Shown in pieces: positions 1 through 8,666 of a stretch of 20,000 bases of DNA (position 1 is its first letter; each line of letters opens with the position of its first letter). Made by a program: the position numbers and the translations under genes. The notes under the pieces are model-generated. The model did not search any database. It was given only the letters and a program-made list of their open reading frames with translations, and was not told where the DNA came from. Origin of the DNA: Cladosporium halotolerans (taxonomy: Eukaryota). The stretch covers positions 54,693 through 74,692 of the forward strand of contig NW_027191509.1 in assembly GCF_011745625.1 (NCBI RefSeq), in the 5' to 3' direction.

Positions 1-473
1 TTGGTAAGCTACGCAGGCCGGCGTTTGTGAGTTCTGCTTACATCCTGAAAACCGGGCGAGGCAATATTCGAGCATCCACATCGAGCGTCAATCTTGGCTC
101 CCAATCTAAACGACGGTAATCACCAGGCGCCATGATCTCGTCAACCACGATCTCCAGGCGTGTCTGAATCAGCACTGCGGGCCTCGACTCAGCCGCACGA
201 GTAGCACCGCCCTGCCCTGCCCTGCCCATTATCGTTCTCCCCATCGAACCGCCTCCACCTCGCGGCGCTTTGATAACGGGGCCGACCTTGCTCATTCGCT
301 TCGTGATGCCTACCTAGGCAATGCTCAGAAGTCCAGCCCGGCGACCAGCTCCGTGCAAGGCGCCAGCTTGCAATCCTCCCCAATCCTCCCAGGGGGCGAA
401 AGGCGCGAAGGCGCCAATCCTCACGGATCCATCCCTCGATCCCTTCATTCCCTCCGGCGCGCGTCATGCCAGC

Positions 474-496
474 AAGGAAGGAAGGAAGGAAGGAAG
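474..496. repeat. (AAGG)n microsatellite, ~5.75 units
   Basis: aaggaaggaaggaaggaaggaag read directly from the sequence. Confidence 0.9.
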
Positions 497-599
497 ACTC
501 GAAACGCAGGAACCGGCTTCGCCGTCGTCATTTCCTCGTTCCCTCTCCGCGCCGCGTGCCGGCTTGGGCAGGCTGGACCTTCATTTCGTATGACGGGAC

Positions 600-2850
600 G
601 TCGAAGGCGTTCACTTTTAGGTCTATCGAGCCACACCGTACGGCTCGCAGCGTCGTTGCATCAGCTCAGCCGCTTCGTTTCCTTTCGTTCCGCTTCGTAC
701 ACATTGCTTACACACTGTGCATCTCCTCGTGTTTGCTGTCAACATCGTAAGACGTTAGATGCACCTCTATTTGGAATCCCGACCACATCACATCAGGCTT
801 AAAAGGTAATGTCGCTTGATACACACGGGCGAAGCGAACACGCGCAGCACGTGCCGTCCGCTCGCGTGCGCTTCGTTCAGCTCGTTCAAGGAACGTTGTG
901 AAGAAACGAGCAACAGGCGCTTTGCCTGCCGGCCGCGTAGCCGCGTAGGCAGTTGATAGTCGGGGCGCGAACGCCACGGATTCTTCCTTGCCACTTGCGG
1001 CACGGTTAATCTAGAATGTGCGCGGGCGGGACGTGAGGATGCCGGCTCCAGATGGCGCTGGAGCCATGACGATGCTGTGGGATGGGAGGGAGGGAGGGGA
1101 GACGTCAGGTGCCGGGTTCGCATACTACCGGGTTTGAGCGGTTGGTGGTTTTGTGGGCTTGGGTGAGGGTGATTATTGGCCTTTGACGACGTGCGCGTGA
1201 GGGTTGTCGATACTGAGGACGCACTCTGGTTCCGTTGGACGTATCGTCGCAGCAAGTGAGCATGCAGGCCGCCCGCAGCGCTTGAGAGTAAGATGGCGCG
1301 CAGAATGGTCGACTCGCAGTAGGTACTGAAATTGGAAGTATGCTCGAGATGAGACTACGCCGCCCATAGCGAAACAACACTGGACATGCCGAGGGACGTG
1401 AGCAACGACGCCTGCAGCGCGCCTGAGAGTAAGATGCCACGCCACAATGGCCAACTCGCAGTAGGTAATTAGCCACCCGTCTTCCGAGTAACCAACGGCG
1501 GAGGCGTTCTTGTGAGACCACACCGCAGAACCAAAACCCAACACGACACACAATAATACGACGACCCCACGACAGAACAGCATGGACAGAACACATCCAT
1601 CCCACATCACGCCAACACCAGCGCCGCGCGTCCTCATCACCAACCACATTCCCCCCCCCAAAACAAAGCGCCACGCAGAAGACGCAGGAAAAACACCAAC
1701 GCTCCAGCACAAGTCCCCCACACATCTCAGAACAACCTCATTGGACTCGCCCCGATTCCAAATCCCAAACGCCCTCGCGCGACCAACCAAAAACACCCAA
1801 AGGCCGTAGGTAAGCACACGCACGCCGCGTGACAGGCCAGCTACCGCACCGCACCGCGCGTAAGGAAATCGCGAACACGAACGGCACAGCATAAAAAGGT
1901 CGAGGTACACGAACCCAACAGAAAAGCCACAATATATTCGCGACAACTCAGCTCGTCATCTGCTGACTGCTGCCGGGCCAGGGCCAGTGAGAGGCGGCCA
2001 CGGATCTTGCCTTTTGCGCGGGACCATATGCAGGGTTTCGGCGAGGGATGTTGTCGAGCGACCAACCATTGGTTTCTACCTCGACTTGAGTGTAGGGCTA
2101 CTGTAGGCGTGCTCTCCCATCCCGCGCGTGGTGAGGTGGGATGTCTAGCTCTGCGCTCGCGTTTGCGCAGCTTGCGGATGCTTGTTGCTGCAGGGCTTGA
2201 GAGGCGCGGCGGCGGTGCGGTGAGGTGAAGTCGGAAGGTAGGGCGCATCCTGCCGGGTGACTGGTTTGATTGACGGCCGGACATGTAGCTACGACGCTGA
2301 AGGTGTGGGACGGGGCTCGCAGTGTTTACGCGCGTTCGAGGCGTCGTCGATCTGTGTTCGTATGCTGAGGGCTGGCAGGTATAAGTCTTAGCCGGAGGGC
2401 GGGTCGACGTTGCGGATGTTTTTTCTTCTATCTCACTACTAGAGATTCGTGGGAGCGCCGACAAGGCAGTACACTCAGTGAGCAGGGATCGGCAGTTGGG
2501 CTCGGCGTACTGGGGGACTTGCTCGTTGCCAGCGCTCGGTGTCGAGGTCTGGCGGGACGGTTGACAGGGTGGGTGGAGTGTTGTGGCCTGATCTCAGTGA
2601 GAGTGGGCGATAGGAGACCTGAGTGCCGTGACTAGCTCTGAGCATCAGAGAAGTGTCGGGATGTTGCGAACGGAATGTTGCGTGGGACTCGAGGACATTA
2701 AGCGTCGGATTTGAAGACGTCCAGAACCGAGATCGTTCGCTACATGTTGCGAGCCTTCGGCGATTTCATGGAGACAAACGAGTCCTCATGTGATCTGCTT
2801 CAGAGGCAACTCCTAGGGCCCGTCAAGTGAGAAGCGAACGAAGTTTGTCC
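600..2850 (+). ncRNA. Candidate long, highly structured non-coding RNA of unknown family; ends approximate
   Basis: No ORF with recognisable homology. Two series of nested complementary segments (1014-1146 with 1517-1651; 1693-1963 with 2030-2542) plus local hairpins. Many non-Watson-Crick positions are G-U on the + strand. Transcription is not demonstrated. Confidence 0.5.
1256..1467 (+). repeat. Two diverged 70-nt direct repeats (1256-1325 and 1398-1467)
   Basis: Both copies read GTGAGCA..CGCCYGCAGCGC..YTGAGAGTAAGATG..AATGGYCRACTCGCAGTAGGTA; offset 142 nt. Confidence 0.9.
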
Positions 2851-2972
2851 CAGTGGTTTGACGTTCGAAAGCGTTCCTTGGATATCTCGTAGTATTTCCG
2901 TGACACCGACATACCGTATTGAAGCTGTAAATCGGTTGATCTTCCAACAATCCCATCAATCACACTCCCTTC

Positions 2973-5690
2973 TCACTCCTCAAACCCATCATCAACAGCA
3001 CCACCACCACCTCCCTCCCCCTCCCTCGGCGCCCTCGCCTCCTGCTTCCTCCACAACCCCGCCAGAAACTCATTCGAACTCGCCTCCTCCAACCCCTTAT
3101 CCTCCCTAACCCTCAAAAACCTCGGAAACCTCAGACTCAACCCCCTCTCCTCACTCACCAACCCAATAGCAGCCGTATACGTCGGGCTCAGCGTGACATC
3201 CGCAAACGCCATCTCCCACACCTCCTGCGGCTCAAACCACACGGCCGGCTGCGCGCCGCGGTACTCGACGTACGCCGGCTGCCCGCCGCCAAGCGTGTTG
3301 TCGCCCTCCTCGCTGTACCGCTCTTTGTTCGCCTTGTAGAAGGCGTCCGTGAAGCCGCTCATGCACTTCGTGACGACCTCGAGCCCGCCCGTCTCCGCGC
3401 TGCGGCACGCGAGCAGGATCGGCGACCACCAGGCGTTCTTGCGCCCGCTGCCGTGCCAGCCGCCGACGGGGATCAGGTCGATGGTGTCGGCGTGCGAGGC
3501 GTAGTCTTTTTTCACTTTGAGCCAGGAGTCGAGGCGTTTGTCGGGTTCGTAGGTGGCGAGGAGGGCTTTGCGGCGGGTTGAGGGAGGTTTGGGGGTGGTG
3601 GAGTCGGGGTCGTCTGGGGGGTCGGTGGGGGTTGGGTTGGTTTTGTTCTTGGGTTTGGGTTTCTTTTTGGGTTTGGAGGGGGTGGGAGGGGGTAGTTTAG
3701 GTTGTTGGTCGGCTGGGATGTCGATGTCCATTTCGGCTTGTAAGTCCGGGTTTGGAAGGTTGTCGAGGACTTTCACCATAATGCCTTCACATTTGATGTC
3801 GGTTGCTTGCTTGAAGAAGTCGGAGACGAGCTCTTGGTCTGCAGAGGTGGCGTCAAGGCTCTTGACCCAGCTGAAGTGGTTGGGGATCTCGATGAAGAGT
3901 GATCGTAGCAGATTTCTGCGCTCGCGGAAGGGTCTGTCCAGGAGCTCTTCGCCGTTCAAGTACATTAGATCGAACGCGAAGAGGCAGACGTCTACCTTAA
4001 CCGATCCGATGACTACATCTTTCCTTGCTCGATTTGCTAGTACTTGAAAGGGCTTCAGGTCGCCGGTCTCGCGGTCGACGGCCACGACTTCGCCCTCCAT
4101 AATGAAGCTGCTAATGCCTTCGCCGCGAATCTTAGGTATCAGCGCGACGAGATCAGGGTACTTCTCCGTCATGACTTCGAGATGTCGGCTGAAAATCGTG
4201 ACCTTCCCCTTCTCGTCGCAGTGAACCTGCGCGCGCTGGCCGTCATACTTGAACTCACAGCTGAAGTCTCGTCCTTGCAACCTGGTGAGCATCTCTCCCA
4301 GATCTCGAGTAATCCCACCCAGCATAGGTCGTAGGGGAATGTGCATCGCAAGACCACAACGGAGCAACAGCTCATCGTCAATCCCGATTTCAAGCAGTGT
4401 GGGAACGAGATCATTATAGTTAGGTCTCCTCGCAAAGCAAGCTTTCACCAGCTCTTCTGCTGGGGCATAGACCTCCGCCAACTCCTGCTTGCTCAATTTT
4501 GCCAGCTCTGATTGCTGTTTGATGGCATATTCTGCGCCAGGCGGTCTGGAAATGAGGAATGCGCGCGAAAGTGCAATCAACATGGTGGTCTTCACCGCGC
4601 CTATCCGCAGATGCTGCACGAGTGTACGCACAACGTATCTGCTCTCTTCGGCCCCCCGCGCGTCTTGGATGAGCCTGTCGACTATCCGCTGCTTGTTGTC
4701 CACACTACCCTGACCTTTAGTGTTTGCGATCTTGACCAGGCCGTCGAACACCCCTTGGATAGTCAACGGTTTGGGCTTCCGCAGGGTCATGCTCTGCCGC
4801 TTCTTCGCCTCGAACGCCACGTCGCCGGCATCGCCGTGTTTGTCAGACAGCTTCTTCAAGCCCTGGTTGTCCAGGCCGCAGACCTTTTTCAGCGCCTTAC
4901 TGATCGCGCTACCGCCCAGACCGAGTTCGAGGTCGATGTATGGCGGTGCGATGGAATTGGTCGCGAGCCAGACGGCAGGAAGTAAGGAGTCCGGGTCGCC
5001 TTCGATTATTGTCCGGAGTAGATTCACTAGTGTGTCGACAATCTTGATCCTAGACTGGGTGCTGTTGATGAGTATAAAGCCTTGTGTCAGGAGAGCATAT
5101 GTGATCCTGCCGCCTTCTGGTTCCCACTGCTTCTGCAAATCAGGCAAGTACTTCTGTGGGTTGAAAGTCATGGGTGACTCGTCGAATGGCACAGTATAGC
5201 TTGTCGTGTCTTCTTCCGCTGTTGCTGATTGCAGAGAAAGTGTGTCTTTCCTGCCAAATGATGCGAATGGATTGACGGTAGGTTTCTTTTCGGGCACTGT
5301 GTTTGCTTCATCGTCTGCAATCGGTGGGGCAGAACCCTCTGATTCTTCTTTCATTCCCTGGTCCTCTGTAACATCAGGCGGTTTCTCCTCTTCCTCGCCA
5401 TGTCCCTGACCATTGACCTCACTATTCCCGTTCACCTCTCGCAACCGATCTTGCTCATCATATTCCGCCTGCAGCTTACGCGCCAACTCTTCGTCCGTCA
5501 ATGCCGGCTCCTGCCCAATGCCTCCCACAGCATCTGCTCCTCCTGAGTACAAGTCTTCATCCTCTGGGATTCCTTCAGTTTGCTCTTTTCTTGAGGCTTG
5601 CTGTTTGCCAAAGAAGAAGTCCAAGCTGCGGACTGGCTGGTTGGAGGCTTGATGGTCGTTCTTCTTACGGCGTTTGCTGGGTGTACTCAT
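2973..5690 (-). CDS. ATP-dependent DNA ligase I-family protein, 905 aa, intronless; probably the second fungal paralog (S. pombe Adl1/Lig3-like) rather than Cdc9/Cdc17
   Basis: Motif I EFKYDGQRAQVH with the adenylated Lys, III MEGEVV, IIIa LFAFDLMYLNG, IV EGIMVK, V WLKVKKDY, VI SLRFPRFLRVREDK. N-terminal DNA-binding domain (ELGLGGSAISKAL, GDAGDVA). Paralog assignment is from recollection of the family, not a search. Confidence 0.95.
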   Translation of the reverse strand: MSTPSKRRKKNDHQASNQPVRSLDFFFGKQQASRKEQTEGIPEDEDLYSGGADAVGGIGQEPALTDEELARKLQAEYDEQDRLREVNGNSEVNGQGHGEEEEKPPDVTEDQGMKEESEGSAPPIADDEANTVPEKKPTVNPFASFGRKDTLSLQSATAEEDTTSYTVPFDESPMTFNPQKYLPDLQKQWEPEGGRITYALLTQGFILINSTQSRIKIVDTLVNLLRTIIEGDPDSLLPAVWLATNSIAPPYIDLELGLGGSAISKALKKVCGLDNQGLKKLSDKHGDAGDVAFEAKKRQSMTLRKPKPLTIQGVFDGLVKIANTKGQGSVDNKQRIVDRLIQDARGAEESRYVVRTLVQHLRIGAVKTTMLIALSRAFLISRPPGAEYAIKQQSELAKLSKQELAEVYAPAEELVKACFARRPNYNDLVPTLLEIGIDDELLLRCGLAMHIPLRPMLGGITRDLGEMLTRLQGRDFSCEFKYDGQRAQVHCDEKGKVTIFSRHLEVMTEKYPDLVALIPKIRGEGISSFIMEGEVVAVDRETGDLKPFQVLANRARKDVVIGSVKVDVCLFAFDLMYLNGEELLDRPFRERRNLLRSLFIEIPNHFSWVKSLDATSADQELVSDFFKQATDIKCEGIMVKVLDNLPNPDLQAEMDIDIPADQQPKLPPPTPSKPKKKPKPKNKTNPTPTDPPDDPDSTTPKPPSTRRKALLATYEPDKRLDSWLKVKKDYASHADTIDLIPVGGWHGSGRKNAWWSPILLACRSAETGGLEVVTKCMSGFTDAFYKANKERYSEEGDNTLGGGQPAYVEYRGAQPAVWFEPQEVWEMAFADVTLSPTYTAAIGLVSEERGLSLRFPRFLRVREDKGLEEASSNEFLAGLWRKQEARAPREGEGGGGGAVDDGFEE

Positions 5691-5788
5691 TCTGACCCTA
5701 CGAGATGTGTCCGTACCGTGCGCTCATTAGAATGCTGGTTGATGCACTCACTGTAAACCGCATGGTGCGGCATGCATTCAATCAATTT

Positions 5789-5830
5789 ACGCGTGTTGGT
5801 GAGACGCGGCGCGCGATGGTGGTGACGTCA
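5789..5830. promoter_or_regulatory. MCB (ACGCGT 5789-5794, ACGCG 5804-5808) and CRE (TGACGTCA 5823-5830) motifs upstream of the ligase
   Basis: Exact motif matches 100-140 nt upstream of the ligase ATG. MCB elements are typical of G1/S replication and repair genes in ascomycetes. Confidence 0.55.
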
Positions 5831-6145
5831 CGCAAAGCTGGATTGATCCAGCTCTCAAGGAACATTGGAAGTTTCCGTTTGCTATGTCTGGCCAGTGTGC
5901 CGGTATGTATTGGTCCCATTTATCTAAAGCACAAGCTCTGAGTCCTTATTATCCCCCTTCTGTCAATACAAGTACAGATAGTATTTATGCTTCATATGAA
6001 ATGCCACTCTCTAAGGAGACATTTCGGTCAATCAGCAGAAAGATTAATGAGACCTACATCCAATTCCAGTGATGATTCTATTTCACAGTTGCTGCGTCTA
6101 CTGGTCGATCGGAACTGTTACGACGGATCAGTTCTCGTCGAAGCA

Positions 6146-7168
6146 TCATTCATGTTGTCCACTCATCGAGCCCTGATCATGCAGGAGAAATTGGCCGACT
6201 ATTTTCACGACCTCCTCGGGGTCGTCCAGCATGGACATATGACCACTCAGCGGTAAGCGAACCCATTTCTTCCGAACAGTAGGTAAGTCGAAGTACGGGC
6301 GAACGACCTCGTCCGCTGCCTGATCGAATTCTCCATTCAATATCAGCATGCCTCCAGGAACGGCATCAGCAGTGATTTTGGCCAAGTCCGGCCGGAGATC
6401 GAATTCTTTCAAATAGTCGGAAAGCGTGGAAGATACAGTGTCGTCTTCTGTCATCGCGGCTACACACTCGAGCATTTCTTGCGGCCATGGGTCCAGCCGG
6501 CACATATAATGGCGACTCCACTCTTCCAGTGCAGCTTTGTAGCCGTCTGTGTTCGTGTCCCCGTCCTGCTCAGCTTTCCTTGCAGCGTCGCCGAATGTCG
6601 ATGGTAGACTAGCCAGTTGGCTCTTGAAGATGCTTTCGCGATGCGCAATGACAGCAGTGGAGTTTGCCACTATCAATCTTCGTATTCCTCCAGGCTGCTG
6701 TGCTGCAAATCTGGCGGCAAGTTGGCCTCCTCAGCTGTGGCCGAGCAAATCGAATCGATCGATTTTGAGGGCGTCGATGAGATTGCGCAATTCGGCAATG
6801 AATAGGTCGATTCCCCAGCAGTCGAAATCGCCCCTTTTCTCGCGAAGTCGAGTGCTCTGGCCGCAGCCTATCTGGTCGTAAGTGATGACTGGTATGCCGA
6901 AGTCAACCGTCAAGAGGCTGAGTGGTTTCATGTAGGCACAGGTAGCGCCGGGTCCTCCGTGTATGCAGATCAACGGTACACGTTTGCCATCAAGGCTCCC
7001 CCATAGCGAGTAGGACGTCTGGCACTTCAAGTCTGATCTCGGTGGAATGAAAGTGATAGTCCCCGTCTGGCTCGGTGGAGGGTATTTCCGCATCTGGCCA
7101 ATTGGTCTCATGAAGCTCGAACGATCGGAAGATGTTGATTTGCCGCCATCACTGTATTCTTCGCGCAT
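6146..7168 (-). pseudogene. Proline iminopeptidase / L-amino-acid amidase (alpha/beta hydrolase) interrupted by one in-frame TGA at 6733-6731
   Basis: ORFs 6731..7168 and 6146..6676 share a frame and join as HGGPG..YDQIGCGQS..LLGHS*GGQLAARFAAQQPGGIRRLIVANS..NGEFD..SGHMSM. No intron is needed. The start may be the ATG at 7168, 7111 or 7093. Family call is secure; pseudogene status is not. Confidence 0.8.
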
Positions 7169-7580
7169 TTTAGACCTAGCACGAGTTCACTGAATTGTTG
7201 TGGGCATTGAAACTGGGAAGGATACTGAGAATATATCTAAGAGGCCAGATGACGCGAGCCCCCACTTTGCAGCGATCATCCCACGGCCGCCTTCCCTCCT
7301 GCAATTCAAATACCACGCGACAGTCAGGTGTTGTCTTCAAGGTTGTCTCGCTGGCAGAAATTGTCGTCAATGGCTGTTGCAGAAGTATTTCGTGAATCAG
7401 GCCAGAGACAGATCGCTCTAAAAAAGCGGGCCTGAGATTTACCACTCCCTTCAGAACACACGCAATGCAGGCATCAAATAAGCATTGAAGACTCGACAAA
7501 ATCAAGACTGAGGCCAAGATGTGTAGTATTACCCGCAACTAAACGCCAAAGCCCAGCCCATGACCCACCCAAAACTATCC

Positions 7581-8666
7581 TCAAGGACACTCCTCCCCAT
7601 CCGCATGCTCATGATACCTCGCACACAGGCCCCTTCCCGTCCACGGCTTACACCCGCCCGTATCCTCCCCTAGAACGACTCTCTCACCCTCACTCCTCCT
7701 TACGCAACCCGCGCAAAAAGCCCGATCGCAAGCGACGCACTTGTCGTGGCTCACGCCCGGCTTCAGCACCTCCCTGCATCCCTCGCAGGCCTTGGTACTG
7801 CTGTAGCTGCTCGGCCGCCAGGCGACGAGAGAATGCCGCGCGATGCCTTCCGGTCCGGGCCGCTTGAGCTTGACGACGAGCTCGCGCAGGAACCGGGCGT
7901 GCCACTCGTCCTTGTGCGTCTCGAGCAGCTTGTCGGTCTTCTTGTACGCGAAGAGGTCGAGGATCAGAGACCGCAGGGGCGCGGAAGACCGGATGTGCTC
8001 GTACAGGATGCGCGTGTCGGATGGCGTGGGGACCGAATTTGTCGCCTCGCTAAGCCGTGCGATGCTGCTCAGGATGTGGTTGCTGAGGGGCGTCGTGAGC
8101 AGGCGGTCGCTGAGTCCGTACAGGTCGATGAGCAGGAAGTATTTGGGGCTGCCAACGTGGTTGCGCAGGTCGCCGTCAGCGGCGGCGTCGGCTTGTACCA
8201 GCTGCGACCACGGCGTGGGAGCGTGAACCATGTGATGAGGGAGGTGAGGAGCTTGGTACGCAGGCCCTGGGACAGTGAGGGATCCTGTGTAGAGCCATTG
8301 GAGGAACCACTCGAATATCTCGGGTTTCTCCTCAGGGAGGCGCACGGTTTGGTCGAGGCCCTCTGCAAAGGTGGAGTTGAGTGCTGCGGCGAAGAATGGG
8401 CTTGCGCTTGTAAGGAGCTCTTTGTGTATAATGTAGCTGACTGGTGGTCTAGAAGTATTCTTCTCGTCGCCGACGACTACGGTAGCCATGGAAGTGAATG
8501 TGCGAAACGCCGTACGTAGGGAGACTTTAGCAGGAGTCCGACCTGGGCGGGGCCGCGAAATGGGCGGCGGGGGCGAGGGTGCACTTCGATGCGATGAGTC
8601 CGATATAGACGAAGCCGTAGGGGATGGTTGTTCATTCGCCGGTATTCCTTGTATAGTCATTGCCAT
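7581..8666 (-). CDS. BTB/POZ domain protein with Cys/His-rich C-terminus
   Basis: BTB core (VVVG..YIIHKELLTSASPFFAAALNSTFAEG..VRLPEEKPEIFEWFLQWLYTG). C-terminal CEGC/CVAC/CAGC..LCARYHEH. First ATG is at 8666, but the frame is open for at least 72 codons further upstream. Confidence 0.88.
   Translation of the reverse strand: MAMTIQGIPANEQPSPTASSISDSSHRSAPSPPPPISRPRPGRTPAKVSLRTAFRTFTSMATVVVGDEKNTSRPPVSYIIHKELLTSASPFFAAALNSTFAEGLDQTVRLPEEKPEIFEWFLQWLYTGSLTVPGPAYQAPHLPHHMVHAPTPWSQLVQADAAADGDLRNHVGSPKYFLLIDLYGLSDRLLTTPLSNHILSSIARLSEATNSVPTPSDTRILYEHIRSSAPLRSLILDLFAYKKTDKLLETHKDEWHARFLRELVVKLKRPGPEGIARHSLVAWRPSSYSSTKACEGCREVLKPGVSHDKCVACDRAFCAGCVRRSEGERVVLGEDTGGCKPWTGRGLCARYHEHADGEECP

Noticed and set aside
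1256..1467. CRISPR-like array or known ribozyme/TPP riboswitch
   Set aside because: Eukaryotic context, only two diverged copies, and no hammerhead, HDV or TPP consensus core recognised.
1711..2323. RNase MRP RNA (AAGTCCCC at 1711 and CGGGGCTC at 2311)
   Set aside because: Only partial matches to CR-I and CR-V. The 1710-1720 segment has a better perfect partner at 2511-2521, and other MRP elements were not found.
38..2464. ORFs in the first 2.5 kb (e.g. 1173..1946, 1105..1725, 1841..2464)
   Set aside because: Several lack an ATG start, the translations are compositionally biased, and there is no recognisable domain.
600..2850. Telomerase RNA identity for the structured region
   Set aside because: Size and long arms fit, and AGTTGGGCT near 2494 recalls the vertebrate P6.1 loop. 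However, no 1.5-repeat CCCTAA template occurs on either strand. It stays possible only if this species has a non-TTAGGG telomere.
3553..5652. Plus-strand ORFs overlapping the ligase (likewise those opposite the BTB, KH, bli-3 and PL9 genes)
   Set aside because: Antisense shadows of GC-rich coding sequence.
6677..6733. An intron removing the TGA in the peptidase
   Set aside because: The intervening codons encode the conserved post-nucleophile helix (GGQLAARFA), and no suitable donor/branch/acceptor set spans the stop.
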